In this document: positions 9,591 through 19,784 of the stretch, in pieces
Numbering within the stretch: the first letter of the stretch is position 1
Layout of the letters: every line of letters begins with the position of its first letter
Source of the DNA: Candidatus Nanoarchaeia archaeon
Lineage (GTDB): Archaea > Nanobdellota > Nanobdellia > SCGC-AAA011-G17 > JAGVZF01
DNA length: 64,000 nucleotides
Assembly: GCA_035288965.1 (NCBI GenBank)
Contig: DATDYQ010000104.1
Coordinates: forward strand, 10,089 to 74,088
Direction of reading: 5' to 3'
The notes under the pieces: generated by a model
What the model was told of the DNA's origin: nothing
Databases searched by the model: none
What the model saw: the letters and a program-made list of their open reading frames with translations, nothing else
Translations under genes and position numbers: made by a program

Positions 9591-11094
9591 GGAATTCATA
9601 AATTACTGCTAATGCTTGTTTTTGTTCCTGATCTGCGAAATATGCCTGCACAGGTTTTAATCCATGTTTCTCAGGATATTCAAAATAAGCCTGTCCGGAA
9701 TTCTCAAATATAGAAACAACAAAATATCTTGGTTTATATTTATTAATTTCATTTTCTTCATAAGCATATCTTGTCTCTCTTTCAGAATAATAAGTATTTT
9801 GCGGTATAGAATTGCTTATGACAATCTCTCCCTTATTTGAATTTTCTTTTATCCATATTCCAACCAATTTTATTGGTTCGTATGAGCTAACTTTATTTTT
9901 TATTAATGCATCACTATATCTTAATTGTTGGAAACCAACTATCAATATTATTAACACAACAAAACCAATTGCAATTCTCTTGTCAAATTTTTTAGTATAA
10001 TCAGATATCCACATTAATGCTTTCGCAGCTATAATAAACACTGCAGGAAAGACAACTATAAGATACCTATCTTCTCCTCGCCCGCTTGTATTTATAGCAA
10101 CATATGTTAATAATATTAAAGGTATTAATATCCATAATAACAAAAATAAATCCTTTTTCAATTCAATGTTTTTATCTTTTATCATTAAATCAAAGCCCAA
10201 AATAAGATTAATCAATAAATATAATAATCCTAATAAAAATGTGATAAGTAAAACTATTTGAAGATAAGTTGGAAACATTTTTAGATAAACATTCCAAGCA
10301 GAATAAACAGCTTTTGTTTCAGGATTTGCAATGCTTGCTTGTACCGCTGCCAATCTAGGTATCGGGGCTCCTAACGTAGCCATAGAATAAAAGATATAAG
10401 GCAACAATAATATTAATATTATTATCGCTGCTATCCATACTTTTCTATTCTTCAAGAATTTAAATTTATCTGTTATCAATAGATATATCAACATCACTAA
10501 TCCAATAAATCCAACAGCATAATAACTCAAAAATCCTATTAAAATAGATAATCCGGAAAATAAAAGGTATTTAAGATTTATTTCTTTCACATAACCCTTC
10601 CAAAAACAATAAACGGCAACTGTAACAAAAGCTAATGTTGGTGCTTCTGACATGAATCTTAAAGAATAAAATAAATGTAGATAAAAAACAGATAAAAATG
10701 CTGTTGCAATAATCCCGATTTTTTTATCAAAAATTTCTTTTCCTAAAAGATATGTAAAAATAACTGCCACTATTGAAAATAATGTTTCAATAAGTCTAAT
10801 AAAAAATTCAGAAGCTCCTATCTTAAATAATAATCCCCAAAATAAGGGTAATAAAGGTTCTCTATATGGAAACCATCCTGTATTTGGTGTATTAAAAGCA
10901 TAATGTTTTGCCTGCAACATCATCTCAGCTTCATCCCACCATAATGGTTGATGGGAAGCAACAAATAAATAATAAAGTCTTATTATAATCCCAATGCTAA
11001 TAACAACCAATGCTATTATGTTTAATTTATCACTAAAAAATCCTTTTTTCTGTTCTTTAGTTTCAATTTTAATCTCTGTAGGTTTAACTTCCAT
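9580..11094 (-). CDS. Membrane GT-C glycosyltransferase (ArnT/PMT-like, PF13231-type)
   Basis: Multi-TM protein with a WWDEAE loop, then 'REPLLPLFWGLLFKIG...' typical of the GT39/GT83 family. Confidence 0.55.
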   Translation of the reverse strand: MEVKPTEIKIETKEQKKGFFSDKLNIIALVVISIGIIIRLYYLFVASHQPLWWDEAEMMLQAKHYAFNTPNTGWFPYREPLLPLFWGLLFKIGASEFFIRLIETLFSIVAVIFTYLLGKEIFDKKIGIIATAFLSVFYLHLFYSLRFMSEAPTLAFVTVAVYCFWKGYVKEINLKYLLFSGLSILIGFLSYYAVGFIGLVMLIYLLITDKFKFLKNRKVWIAAIIILILLLPYIFYSMATLGAPIPRLAAVQASIANPETKAVYSAWNVYLKMFPTYLQIVLLITFLLGLLYLLINLILGFDLMIKDKNIELKKDLFLLLWILIPLILLTYVAINTSGRGEDRYLIVVFPAVFIIAAKALMWISDYTKKFDKRIAIGFVVLIILIVGFQQLRYSDALIKNKVSSYEPIKLVGIWIKENSNKGEIVISNSIPQNTYYSERETRYAYEENEINKYKPRYFVVSIFENSGQAYFEYPEKHGLKPVQAYFADQEQKQALAVIYEFPKP

Positions 11095-11163
11095 TTTTAT
11101 TTCTTTAATATTCTAACTTAAATATGTTTTTATTAATCTTAAATATAGAGAATTAAGAATATA

Positions 11164-12174
11164 TTATTTTTTATCTAAACTTGCTAACAATTCATCTAAA
11201 GTTAATGTTGCTGTTCCAACTTTGCCAATAACTACTGCTGCAGCATGGTTTGCAACAGACATAGAATCTTTAACTCCTAATTCAGAAGCTAATCCCAAGG
11301 AAAATATAGCTAATGCAGTATCTCCCGCTCCAGAAAGATCATATACTGGAACACTTTTTCCTTTAGAATGATGATAAAGCCCTTCTTGCCCAAAAAATTT
11401 CATTCCTTCTTTACCACAAGTAATAACGACCCCACCAGTCCAATATTTAGATATAAGCTTTCTACCAACATGATTTATATGCTTATTTTTGTCTAGTCCT
11501 GTTATCTCTCTTGCCTCTTTAGAATTTAACATTAAAAAATCCATATCATAATAAATACTAGCATTTATTGGTTTAGGTTCAACAATAAATAATTTCTTTC
11601 TTCTTTTAGCTTCCATTCTCAAAAATTTTACCAATGTTTTAGTAATAATCCCTTTACCATAATCTGATATTAAATATACATCTGCATCTAAATCAGATTC
11701 CCTAAAATGATTTATTAAAATATTAGTTTGATCTCTATTCAATCTTGTGTCCATTTCTTCATCGAATCTAGCAATTAAATCTTCATCATCTGCTATAAGC
11801 CTATTTTTTGTTGTGGTTATTCTATCCCTTAATGAAATGATTCTAGATTTAATTCCATTATAAGAAACTAAATCATAAACCACTTTCCCTGACTTATCAT
11901 TTCCCATAACACCATACAAATAAGCTGTAGCCCCAAGACTTGCAATATTACTTGCCGTATTCCCCGCACCCCCCAAAACATCAGAATGTCCTGTAACTTT
12001 TACTAGATTGGTTGCGCGTCTCTCTGGGTTTAATCTCTCTATCTCTCCTAAAATATAATGATCTAGCATTACATCTCCAACAATTAAAATTTTCCTTTCA
12101 GGGAATGTTCTGACAACTTCTTTTACTCTTTCTATGTTCATATTAATCACTTTGTACTTTCTACTCTTTCCCAA
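11164..12174 (-). CDS. hldA: D-glycero-beta-D-manno-heptose-7-phosphate kinase (HldE domain I / RfaE-I-like, PfkB family)
   Basis: VGDVMLDHY, GGAGNTASNIASLGA, DLSGAGDT and GKVGT match the HldE kinase domain motif-for-motif. There is no adenylyltransferase domain. Confidence 0.8.
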   Translation of the reverse strand: MGKSRKYKVINMNIERVKEVVRTFPERKILIVGDVMLDHYILGEIERLNPERRATNLVKVTGHSDVLGGAGNTASNIASLGATAYLYGVMGNDKSGKVVYDLVSYNGIKSRIISLRDRITTTKNRLIADDEDLIARFDEEMDTRLNRDQTNILINHFRESDLDADVYLISDYGKGIITKTLVKFLRMEAKRRKKLFIVEPKPINASIYYDMDFLMLNSKEAREITGLDKNKHINHVGRKLISKYWTGGVVITCGKEGMKFFGQEGLYHHSKGKSVPVYDLSGAGDTALAIFSLGLASELGVKDSMSVANHAAAVVIGKVGTATLTLDELLASLDKK

Positions 12175-14036
12175 GCATCATTATAATGTTTTCTTATTAA
12201 CCTAGTATCGTAATAAACACTAATCCACATATATAATCTAGCAAAGAATAGCCTTAGTGTCCACCAAAATTCTCTCAAATCTTGAGGGTAAGATAAGGCC
12301 CAAAATGTTCCAATAAATACTTCATTAAAAAAAGATTTAACTCTTGGAAAATCAGGAGCGTGTTTTGTTAATGTTTCATGTGCCTTCGCAGTTCTTTTTC
12401 TTTGTTTAAACCATTCATTAAAATTATCAGGGTTCTTAACAAACACTTTAGCCTCTTTTACATATTTAATTTTATATCCTCTTTTCCAAAAATAATAAGG
12501 GATTATACTATCTTCAGCTACATCTAATGGAATCTTGTTGATTATATTGTTTCTGAAAGCAAATAAATACCCAGAACATTCTAAAAATTTTCCTTGCTCA
12601 GATAATTTTTTCCTGATTTTATGAGCTCCTGCATCAGCCAATAAATGGCTCCAATATCCAAATATATCCTCTTTACTATTCGATGAAACAATTCTTCCCG
12701 TTACACATCCTGTTTTAAGGTCAAAAAAAGATCTAGCAATTTCATTAATTGAGTTTTCTCCCAGAACAACATCACCATCTGTAAAAATCAAGATATCTCC
12801 TTTTAATTCTTTAAATAATAAATTTATTGCATAACTTTTTCCTGTTCCAGGATCTTTAAAGTATTTTATATTCTGTTTTTTATTTAGTTTATTAAATAAT
12901 GTTTTAGCTTCTTCATCTGGACTTGCTATAATAATTTCATAGTCGTAATCTATTTGTTGTTTTATTATAGAATCAATAGCCTTTGGCAAATTAGGTTCTT
13001 TAAAAGAAGTAACAATAATTGATAATTTATTTTTTATTAACCTATTCGCAGCATTAACAATATTATCTACATTCATCTTATTCATACTTTGGCAGTCTGG
13101 TTTATAACAACATAAACAATTAGAATTTGGCGTTAATCTTATACCTTGTCCATACAAATCTAATTCGGCAGCAGAAGTTGGACCAACTAAAACGACAACT
13201 TTTCTTTTCAGAGCTACAGCTAAATGTAATCCTAAGCTGTCGCTGGTTACAAAAACATTACAAATAGCTATTAATGCTGGAAATTCAAAAAGATCATTGC
13301 CACATCCCGTATTTATTATAGGGACTTTGCTTAAAGAAATAATATTGTCATTTCTTTCTATCTCATCCTGCCCGCCAAACAGCAATATTTTATATTTATA
13401 ATTTTTATACAACATTTCAGCAAGTTTTGCTGTCTTTTCTATGCTTAATTTCTTTGATGGCCAAACTCCCCCCGATCCTGTATTAACCCCTATAACAATA
13501 TCATCCTCTCTTATATTATATCTTCTCTTAAAATCATTTAAAAATTTTCCTTGTTCCCTATTTAATTTTAAATTCATAAAAGTCTTATCGTAATCCACTC
13601 CAACCATATCGCTAATAATTTGTTGGTACGTTTTCTTATTTTTCTTTTTGAGAATATCATTTTGAGGTTTCTTGCCTAATTTGCTCATATCATACCATTC
13701 TTTTGCGCTCTCAGATGGGACAACTTTAAGATTTTTATCTAAATAGTTTCCAATGATTTTTCCAGTTTTAATCTTAGTAGCCAATGCACAAGCTTCAAAA
13801 TCTTCATCCAGATTAATAACAATATCAAAGTACATTCCTTCTAAATATCTTAAATTAATCTTGCTGTAATAAACTGCCTCATCAACAAATTTATTGTCTT
13901 TTATTAATGAATAAGCATTCTTCTTGGTAAGCCAATAAATCTCTGTGTATCTATATTTTTCTTTTAATGCTGGAAGTATTGTGGTTGTCCTTACAACATC
14001 TCCCATAGCTCCTAATTTAATTATAAGAATTTTCAT
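12147..14036 (-). CDS. Fusion of an N-terminal GT9 heptosyltransferase-like domain and a C-terminal GT2 domain
   Basis: MKILIIKLGAMGDVVRTTTILPALKEKY plus SDSLGLHLAVALKRKVVVLVGP (GT9). Then IIVTSFKEPN...DYEIIIASPDEE...FTDGDV (GT2). Confidence 0.7.
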   Translation of the reverse strand: MKILIIKLGAMGDVVRTTTILPALKEKYRYTEIYWLTKKNAYSLIKDNKFVDEAVYYSKINLRYLEGMYFDIVINLDEDFEACALATKIKTGKIIGNYLDKNLKVVPSESAKEWYDMSKLGKKPQNDILKKKNKKTYQQIISDMVGVDYDKTFMNLKLNREQGKFLNDFKRRYNIREDDIVIGVNTGSGGVWPSKKLSIEKTAKLAEMLYKNYKYKILLFGGQDEIERNDNIISLSKVPIINTGCGNDLFEFPALIAICNVFVTSDSLGLHLAVALKRKVVVLVGPTSAAELDLYGQGIRLTPNSNCLCCYKPDCQSMNKMNVDNIVNAANRLIKNKLSIIVTSFKEPNLPKAIDSIIKQQIDYDYEIIIASPDEEAKTLFNKLNKKQNIKYFKDPGTGKSYAINLLFKELKGDILIFTDGDVVLGENSINEIARSFFDLKTGCVTGRIVSSNSKEDIFGYWSHLLADAGAHKIRKKLSEQGKFLECSGYLFAFRNNIINKIPLDVAEDSIIPYYFWKRGYKIKYVKEAKVFVKNPDNFNEWFKQRKRTAKAHETLTKHAPDFPRVKSFFNEVFIGTFWALSYPQDLREFWWTLRLFFARLYMWISVYYDTRLIRKHYNDAWERVESTK

Positions 14037-14067
14037 GATAATGAGATATAGGAAAATTTAATAAACC

Positions 14068-15192
14068 TTACTCTAAATATATATTCATAACCCTTTTAGC
14101 TATTTTATCCCAATCATATTGCTTAGATTTATTAACATTATTCTTGCCTATTTTCTCTCTCAATTTCTTGTTATCAACTAACTTTATCACATTACCTTTT
14201 AAACAACTTATATCTCCATAATCACAAAAAAATCCATTTTCCTTATCTTTCATCTCATAAGGAATACCATTCACAGGACTTGCAACTACCGATAATCCAC
14301 AAGCAAAAGCTTCAAATAAAGTTAAAGGCAATCCCTCTCTAAAGCTAGGCATAACATAAACTTCACTTGCTTGATACATTTTAACAACTTCTTTTCTATC
14401 TCTTATCGCTCCCAAAATCTTTATCCTTTTGTCAGCTAATTTTTTAACTTCTTCTAACATTCCTTCATCAGGTCCAACAATAACAAAATCTAGATCTTTT
14501 CTTTCATTTAATAAGTCATTAGCCATTAAAACAAACTTATCTACACCTTTTGTTTTATTCAATCTTCCAAAAAATAATATCAATTTTCCTTTAATTCCAT
14601 ATTTCTTCTTGAAATCATTATTTTTTATTTTCTTAAAAAATTCCTTGCCCATTCCATTTGGTATAACTTCAATCTTTCCTTTTCCGCCGTATTTTTCAAT
14701 GAATTGTATTTCCCAAGGTGTTATCGCAATTATCTTATCAGTCCATCTAAAACTTAATCTCATAAAGGTATTATAAACAATTCCCAGTAATATTTTAGCA
14801 AAAAAACTTCTGTTTTCCGTAGTCCATGGGCAATGCGTAGTATGAATTAACTTTATTCCTCTAAATTTCGCGTTTAAAGCTCCGAAAAATTGATGAGCAT
14901 GTCCTGCAACATGTGTATGGATAATATCAAACTTTTCTTTATTGAGTTTAAATAAAACGCTTGGCCAAAAAGTAGAGAAATTAGCAACTTTAAACCAAGA
15001 ATAACATCTATGAAGATGAATTCCATCAATTATCTCTTCTTTAACCTTTAATCTTTCTTTCTTATCGGAATCAACAGTATAAACATGAACTTCATGTCCT
15101 TGCTTAATATATCTTTGAGCTAATTCATAAATTACTTGTGCTGGTCCATCCACAGCAGGAAAAAAATATGAGCATAAATAAGCTATTTTCAT
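14068..15192 (-). CDS. GT4 (group 1) glycosyltransferase
   Basis: GT-B architecture with 'GRLNKTKGVDKFV' and an E-x7-E-like region 'PSFREGLPLTLFEAFACGL'. Confidence 0.75.
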   Translation of the reverse strand: MKIAYLCSYFFPAVDGPAQVIYELAQRYIKQGHEVHVYTVDSDKKERLKVKEEIIDGIHLHRCYSWFKVANFSTFWPSVLFKLNKEKFDIIHTHVAGHAHQFFGALNAKFRGIKLIHTTHCPWTTENRSFFAKILLGIVYNTFMRLSFRWTDKIIAITPWEIQFIEKYGGKGKIEVIPNGMGKEFFKKIKNNDFKKKYGIKGKLILFFGRLNKTKGVDKFVLMANDLLNERKDLDFVIVGPDEGMLEEVKKLADKRIKILGAIRDRKEVVKMYQASEVYVMPSFREGLPLTLFEAFACGLSVVASPVNGIPYEMKDKENGFFCDYGDISCLKGNVIKLVDNKKLREKIGKNNVNKSKQYDWDKIAKRVMNIYLE

Positions 15193-15193
15193 T

Positions 15194-16066
15194 TCAATAC
15201 TTCCTGAAAGCTTCTTTCACTCCATCCCGACTTCCTTTGTAAACTGATTTTATTAAATTGAATTGTCTTCTAAAAATAAATAATATAGCTTGAACTTGAA
15301 TTATCACAATAAAATGTATTAATAAAAATAATAAAAACCTGAATAATTTCAAATGTTTCTTTAATAATATTATCCTATTTCGATATAAATAATAAACAAC
15401 AAATTTATTCTTCTTTCCACCCGAGCTTCCGTAAACTTTATGATAAACTTTGGCATTCGGATTGATATAAGCCTTAAATCCCCTTTCATACGCCTTAAAA
15501 ATTAAATCTTCTGTCTCACAATACATAAAGAAATTCTCGTCATACATTCCAACTTCCTTTATGATTTTATTACTTATTAACAAAGCACATGCGTCCAAAT
15601 ATTCATTCTTCTTTAGTTCAGCTGGAGCATAATAATCTTTTATCGGTTTAGCAATCCCTGTTATAAAATCTAATTTTCCACCTAATGAATCTAAATCCTT
15701 TGAATAATAATTAAATATCGCACTTCCCACAAACCCGATTCTTTCATCTTTAATTGCAACATTAACTAACTCTTTTAATAAAAATCTATCGACAACTGCA
15801 TCGCTGTTTAATAATAAGTAATAATCATAGTTTTTATTCTCTCTTATCGCTAAATTAACAGCTCCTGTAATTCCTGAATTTACTTTATTTTTCATTAATT
15901 TAACATTTTTAATCTTCTTTAGTTTTTCTATGCTTTTACTAGCATTATCTACAATTAATATTTCATAATTTTTATATTCTAATCTTCTTATGCTCTCAAT
16001 TAATTCAATCGTATCATCTTCTGTATTATAATTTACAATTATTATCAAAACTTCAGGTTCTTTCAT
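15194..16066 (-). CDS. GT2 glycosyltransferase
   Basis: LIIIVNYNTEDDTIE, ILIVDNASK and LLLNSDAV. Confidence 0.7.
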   Translation of the reverse strand: MKEPEVLIIIVNYNTEDDTIELIESIRRLEYKNYEILIVDNASKSIEKLKKIKNVKLMKNKVNSGITGAVNLAIRENKNYDYYLLLNSDAVVDRFLLKELVNVAIKDERIGFVGSAIFNYYSKDLDSLGGKLDFITGIAKPIKDYYAPAELKKNEYLDACALLISNKIIKEVGMYDENFFMYCETEDLIFKAYERGFKAYINPNAKVYHKVYGSSGGKKNKFVVYYLYRNRIILLKKHLKLFRFLLFLLIHFIVIIQVQAILFIFRRQFNLIKSVYKGSRDGVKEAFRKY

Positions 16067-16100
16067 AAAAATATTAAGAACAATAAGCTTTTAAAACTAA

Positions 16101-16970
16101 TTATCCGATTGCAATTAATACTGTTCCAAAAATCATAATTAAAGCAGCTACAACATTCTTTATTATTCCTTTTTCTTTAAAGAAAATATATCCATAAATT
16201 ATGCTAAAAACAATGCTTAATCTTTTTACAGATATCATATAAGCATTTAATGTTAAACTCTGCGCTTTGAAAGAAGCTAAGCTCATTAAAGCACTCAAGG
16301 TTCCTATTATTAATAATATCCATATGTTAGTTTTACTAGCTGTCCTTATTGGATTTTCTTTAAATCTTATCATTATATATAATGTAGATACAATGCAGAT
16401 TGAAATTATAGCCAATCCAGAAACAGCTAATGGGTTTTTTGTTTGATTTATTAAAATTTTATATAATGGGGTTACAACAGCATATAAAAAAGCAGCTATC
16501 AACATGTAAATTGATCCCTTATCTCTAAATAAACTTCTAATCGGTTGAAATGAAATAAATCCCCCTTCTGTTTTTATTATATAAGATCCAAGAAATATTA
16601 AAAAAATTCCGCTAGCTCCCAGTAAGGATGGTATTTCATTCAAAAAAATCCATGATATTATTGTTAAAAAAACAGGTGTAAAACTCAAAAAAGGAACGGT
16701 TATAGCTAATCCGGATATCTTAATCGCCTTTACATATAATATTATAGCTATCATCTCTAAAATTCCTGTAATAAAAAGCAAGAAAATTGATAATAAGTTT
16801 AAATTAGGAATCTTTACAATAAACAAGGTAATTATAATGATCGGTAAAGAAAAAAACCATACTGCCCATGAAACGATATAATCATTATATTTATTTAAAG
16901 CTAGTTTCTGAACTAGATTATTCGTAGCGGTACTTAGTGCTGCAAATAAGGATAGTATTAGCCATAGCAT
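16101..16970 (-). CDS. EamA/DMT-superfamily transporter
   Basis: About 10 TM segments in two EamA-like halves. Confidence 0.6.
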   Translation of the reverse strand: MLWLILSLFAALSTATNNLVQKLALNKYNDYIVSWAVWFFSLPIIIITLFIVKIPNLNLLSIFLLFITGILEMIAIILYVKAIKISGLAITVPFLSFTPVFLTIISWIFLNEIPSLLGASGIFLIFLGSYIIKTEGGFISFQPIRSLFRDKGSIYMLIAAFLYAVVTPLYKILINQTKNPLAVSGLAIISICIVSTLYIMIRFKENPIRTASKTNIWILLIIGTLSALMSLASFKAQSLTLNAYMISVKRLSIVFSIIYGYIFFKEKGIIKNVVAALIMIFGTVLIAIG

Positions 16971-17054
16971 AAAGTTTTATTTTATATAATATTTATATAC
17001 TTTATCTTTTTATTACCAAAAATATAATAACAAATCCATTAAAAAATTGATAAT

Positions 17055-17726
17055 CTAAATGATTAAACCAAATTTTCCCAAAACATCTTCTAGCGTATTT
17101 CTTCTATAATCAAATTGTACAGAATTTATTCCTAATTTTCTGGCCCCTTTTACATATTCTTTATTATCATCAATAAAAAGAGTTTCTTCTGGTTTGCTTC
17201 CCAATCTTTGTAATGCATTTTTATATATTATAGGATCTGGTTTTGCACATCTATCTTCAGAAGAAAATGTCAAATAATCTGAATTAAATCCATTAAAGAA
17301 TTCAACATCTTTATAATAATTAAGAATAGATTCTGTTATGTTCGATAATATTCCTACTTTTATCCCACCTTTAGCTATTTTTTTTGCTATTTCTACATTG
17401 TTTCCTATAACTAATCTTTCTCTACCTTGAATATAAAATGGCTTACTAAATAAATCCACACTATCACCTCTTAATAATATATTATCAGAAACTCCATTTC
17501 TCCTTCTTTGTTCGCCAAATGCTCTTTCTAGCCTGCTAACAGCTTCTTCATAAGTAATTCGACCCCTATTTAGATCTACAAGAACTGTATCTTTCAAAAC
17601 TTTAGCCATTTCTTGTTGTGGAACATTATACAAAGAGCTAAGATGATTTAGTATTAAATCATATCCTTCAATAACTAACACATTAGCCATATCAAAGAGC
17701 ACTGTTGTTATTTTTGTTTTAAACAT
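17055..17726 (-). CDS. HAD-superfamily hydrolase (phosphatase-like)
   Basis: N-terminal 'VLFDMANVLV' and C-terminal 'LFIDDNKEYVKGARKLG' HAD motifs. Confidence 0.5.
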   Translation of the reverse strand: MFKTKITTVLFDMANVLVIEGYDLILNHLSSLYNVPQQEMAKVLKDTVLVDLNRGRITYEEAVSRLERAFGEQRRRNGVSDNILLRGDSVDLFSKPFYIQGRERLVIGNNVEIAKKIAKGGIKVGILSNITESILNYYKDVEFFNGFNSDYLTFSSEDRCAKPDPIIYKNALQRLGSKPEETLFIDDNKEYVKGARKLGINSVQFDYRRNTLEDVLGKFGLII

Positions 17727-17805
17727 ATTATTTTTTAATAAGAAAGATTTATAAAAGTTGTTAAATCGAAGGAAGGTTTAAATATTTTTCTCTATTTTCA
17801 GTAAA

Positions 17806-18870
17806 GTGGTACATGCAAAATTTGATGAAACAGAAAAAGAACAAGAATATATAAACACAGTAAAAAGGCTACTTAATCCGCATCGCCCTTATTTAAAAAT
17901 AGGTAAAGTAAAACTTGGAGCTGGAAGAACAAATGATAATCTTCTTGTTTATGATACTGATAGTAAACCAGTTTGTGTTGTAAGAAAATCAAGACTAGAT
18001 AGAACTAATATGGCTCATTTTTATTTTCTTCAAATACAATCATTAGAAAGAGAAAAATTTCTTCTTGAATATATTGGCAAACATGCTCCAAAGGTTCCTA
18101 TCCCAAGACTTATTGCAGCAGATCAAGATCCAGAAGATGGACTAGATTATCTTGTAGTATCCCATATTAGTGGAATAAATTTTGCTGATATTGCAGGATC
18201 TTTAACTCCAAATCAATATAATAATTATATGAGAAATTTAGGAGAAACCATCGCTCCTGTAAGTAATTTAACATTCGGATCATTCGGTATTATCGGACCT
18301 GATGGAATTATAATTAATCCATTCCAAAGATGGAGTGATAGAATTGCCTTCTCAATATATGGAAAATTAAAAGATCCTGCTTCAACCGAATATTTTACAC
18401 ATGAATTATTATTTGAAAAAATTCCTGAATTTATTGAAAAACATAGAGAAGCTCTAGATAAAAATAGAAGACCTACAGCTGTTTTATATGATCTGCATTC
18501 AAAAAATTTTAATGTAGATCCAACAACAGAAAAAATCACTGGTTTCTTTGATATCGGTTTAGGACTTATTGCTAATAGAACATTGGAATTCGTTCCCATT
18601 GAACTTAATACAGTAAACTTTGGAAAAACAGAACGTCCGGCTGCATTAGAAGCATTTTTTGAGGGGTATGGACTATCTCTAAAAGATAGAGCAGATTATG
18701 AAGCTGCAAAACCAGTCTATGCACTAAATCATTCACTGGGGGCGGTTTTAGCCTATCATAATAATCCTGTAGATGATCTAAGAAGAGATCTTTGGAGTAG
18801 AGAAGTCTTCAAACCAAGAGTTGAAGAAATAGTAGAAAAAGGAATAGTAAATATGGTAAGATGGTTCTGA
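17806..18870 (+). CDS. APH-fold phosphotransferase (aminoglycoside/choline-kinase-like). It may be a sugar kinase.
   Basis: 'LYDLHSKNFNVD' (HxDxxxxN-like) and 'FFDIGLG'. Confidence 0.5.
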   Translation: MVHAKFDETEKEQEYINTVKRLLNPHRPYLKIGKVKLGAGRTNDNLLVYDTDSKPVCVVRKSRLDRTNMAHFYFLQIQSLEREKFLLEYIGKHAPKVPIPRLIAADQDPEDGLDYLVVSHISGINFADIAGSLTPNQYNNYMRNLGETIAPVSNLTFGSFGIIGPDGIIINPFQRWSDRIAFSIYGKLKDPASTEYFTHELLFEKIPEFIEKHREALDKNRRPTAVLYDLHSKNFNVDPTTEKITGFFDIGLGLIANRTLEFVPIELNTVNFGKTERPAALEAFFEGYGLSLKDRADYEAAKPVYALNHSLGAVLAYHNNPVDDLRRDLWSREVFKPRVEEIVEKGIVNMVRWF

Positions 18871-19748
18871 ACAAATTACACGGCATTATAGTACCCTTAT
18901 CGACACCAATTAAAGAGGATCAATCAATAGATTTTCCTGCAACTAAAAATCTAGTGGATAAATTAATTGAAAATGGTGTTGATGGACTTTTTCCCTTAAG
19001 TGGTACTGGAGAGTTTCCGATGCTTTCTTTAAGAGAATCTAAACAGTTTATAAATTTTGTAATGAGATCTTCTAGTGGAAGAGTTCCAGTTTACCCTGGA
19101 GCTTTTAGAGACAATTTAGGTGACACTTTAGAATTGGCTTTTGCTGCAGAAATATCTGGTGCTGAAGGAATTGTTTTAATGCCACCTTATTTTTATGGTC
19201 GTATTAAGAGTGAAGATATCGTAGACCAAGTTAGAAGAATAAAATGTAATATAAATTTACCTGTTATTTTTTATAATACAAATTCAAAATTAAGATTAGA
19301 TGAAGCTAGTATGCTTAGATTACATCAAGAAGGTTTAGTTATTGGAGCAAAAGAGGGAAGTAAAGATTTAGACTATCTAAAAAGATTAGCAGAATCTGGC
19401 ATGTCTGTTCTTCCAGGTAGCGATAAACTTCTTTATGCTGCATCTCAATTTGGTTGTGTGGGTGGTTTTCCTGGAAGTGCTAATGTATTAACGAAAGGGT
19501 TTGTAACCTTGTGGAAATTTATTCAAGAAGAAAAATTACAAGAAGCTGAGGCATTGCAATCTAGAATTAGTAGTGTTGTTGAAGTTATGTATAAAACAAA
19601 CCCCTATAGCGCCCAAACAGGTGTTAAGATTGGTTTAGAATATCTAGGTATCTGCCTTTCAAGAATGAAATATCCAATGCCTCAAGCAACTACAGAAGAA
19701 AAAAGAATTATTTTCGAAACATTAGATAAAAACAAGGATTTACTTTAA
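18861..19748 (+). CDS. DapA/NanA-family class I aldolase (N-acetylneuraminate-lyase / DHDPS-like)
   Basis: 'GIIVPLSTP...VDGLFPLSGTGEFPMLSLRE' at the N-terminus matches the family pattern. Confidence 0.65.
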   Translation: MVLNKLHGIIVPLSTPIKEDQSIDFPATKNLVDKLIENGVDGLFPLSGTGEFPMLSLRESKQFINFVMRSSSGRVPVYPGAFRDNLGDTLELAFAAEISGAEGIVLMPPYFYGRIKSEDIVDQVRRIKCNINLPVIFYNTNSKLRLDEASMLRLHQEGLVIGAKEGSKDLDYLKRLAESGMSVLPGSDKLLYAASQFGCVGGFPGSANVLTKGFVTLWKFIQEEKLQEAEALQSRISSVVEVMYKTNPYSAQTGVKIGLEYLGICLSRMKYPMPQATTEEKRIIFETLDKNKDLL

Positions 19749-19784
19749 CAAAACATTTATAACTTTTTCCACCATTTCATATTT

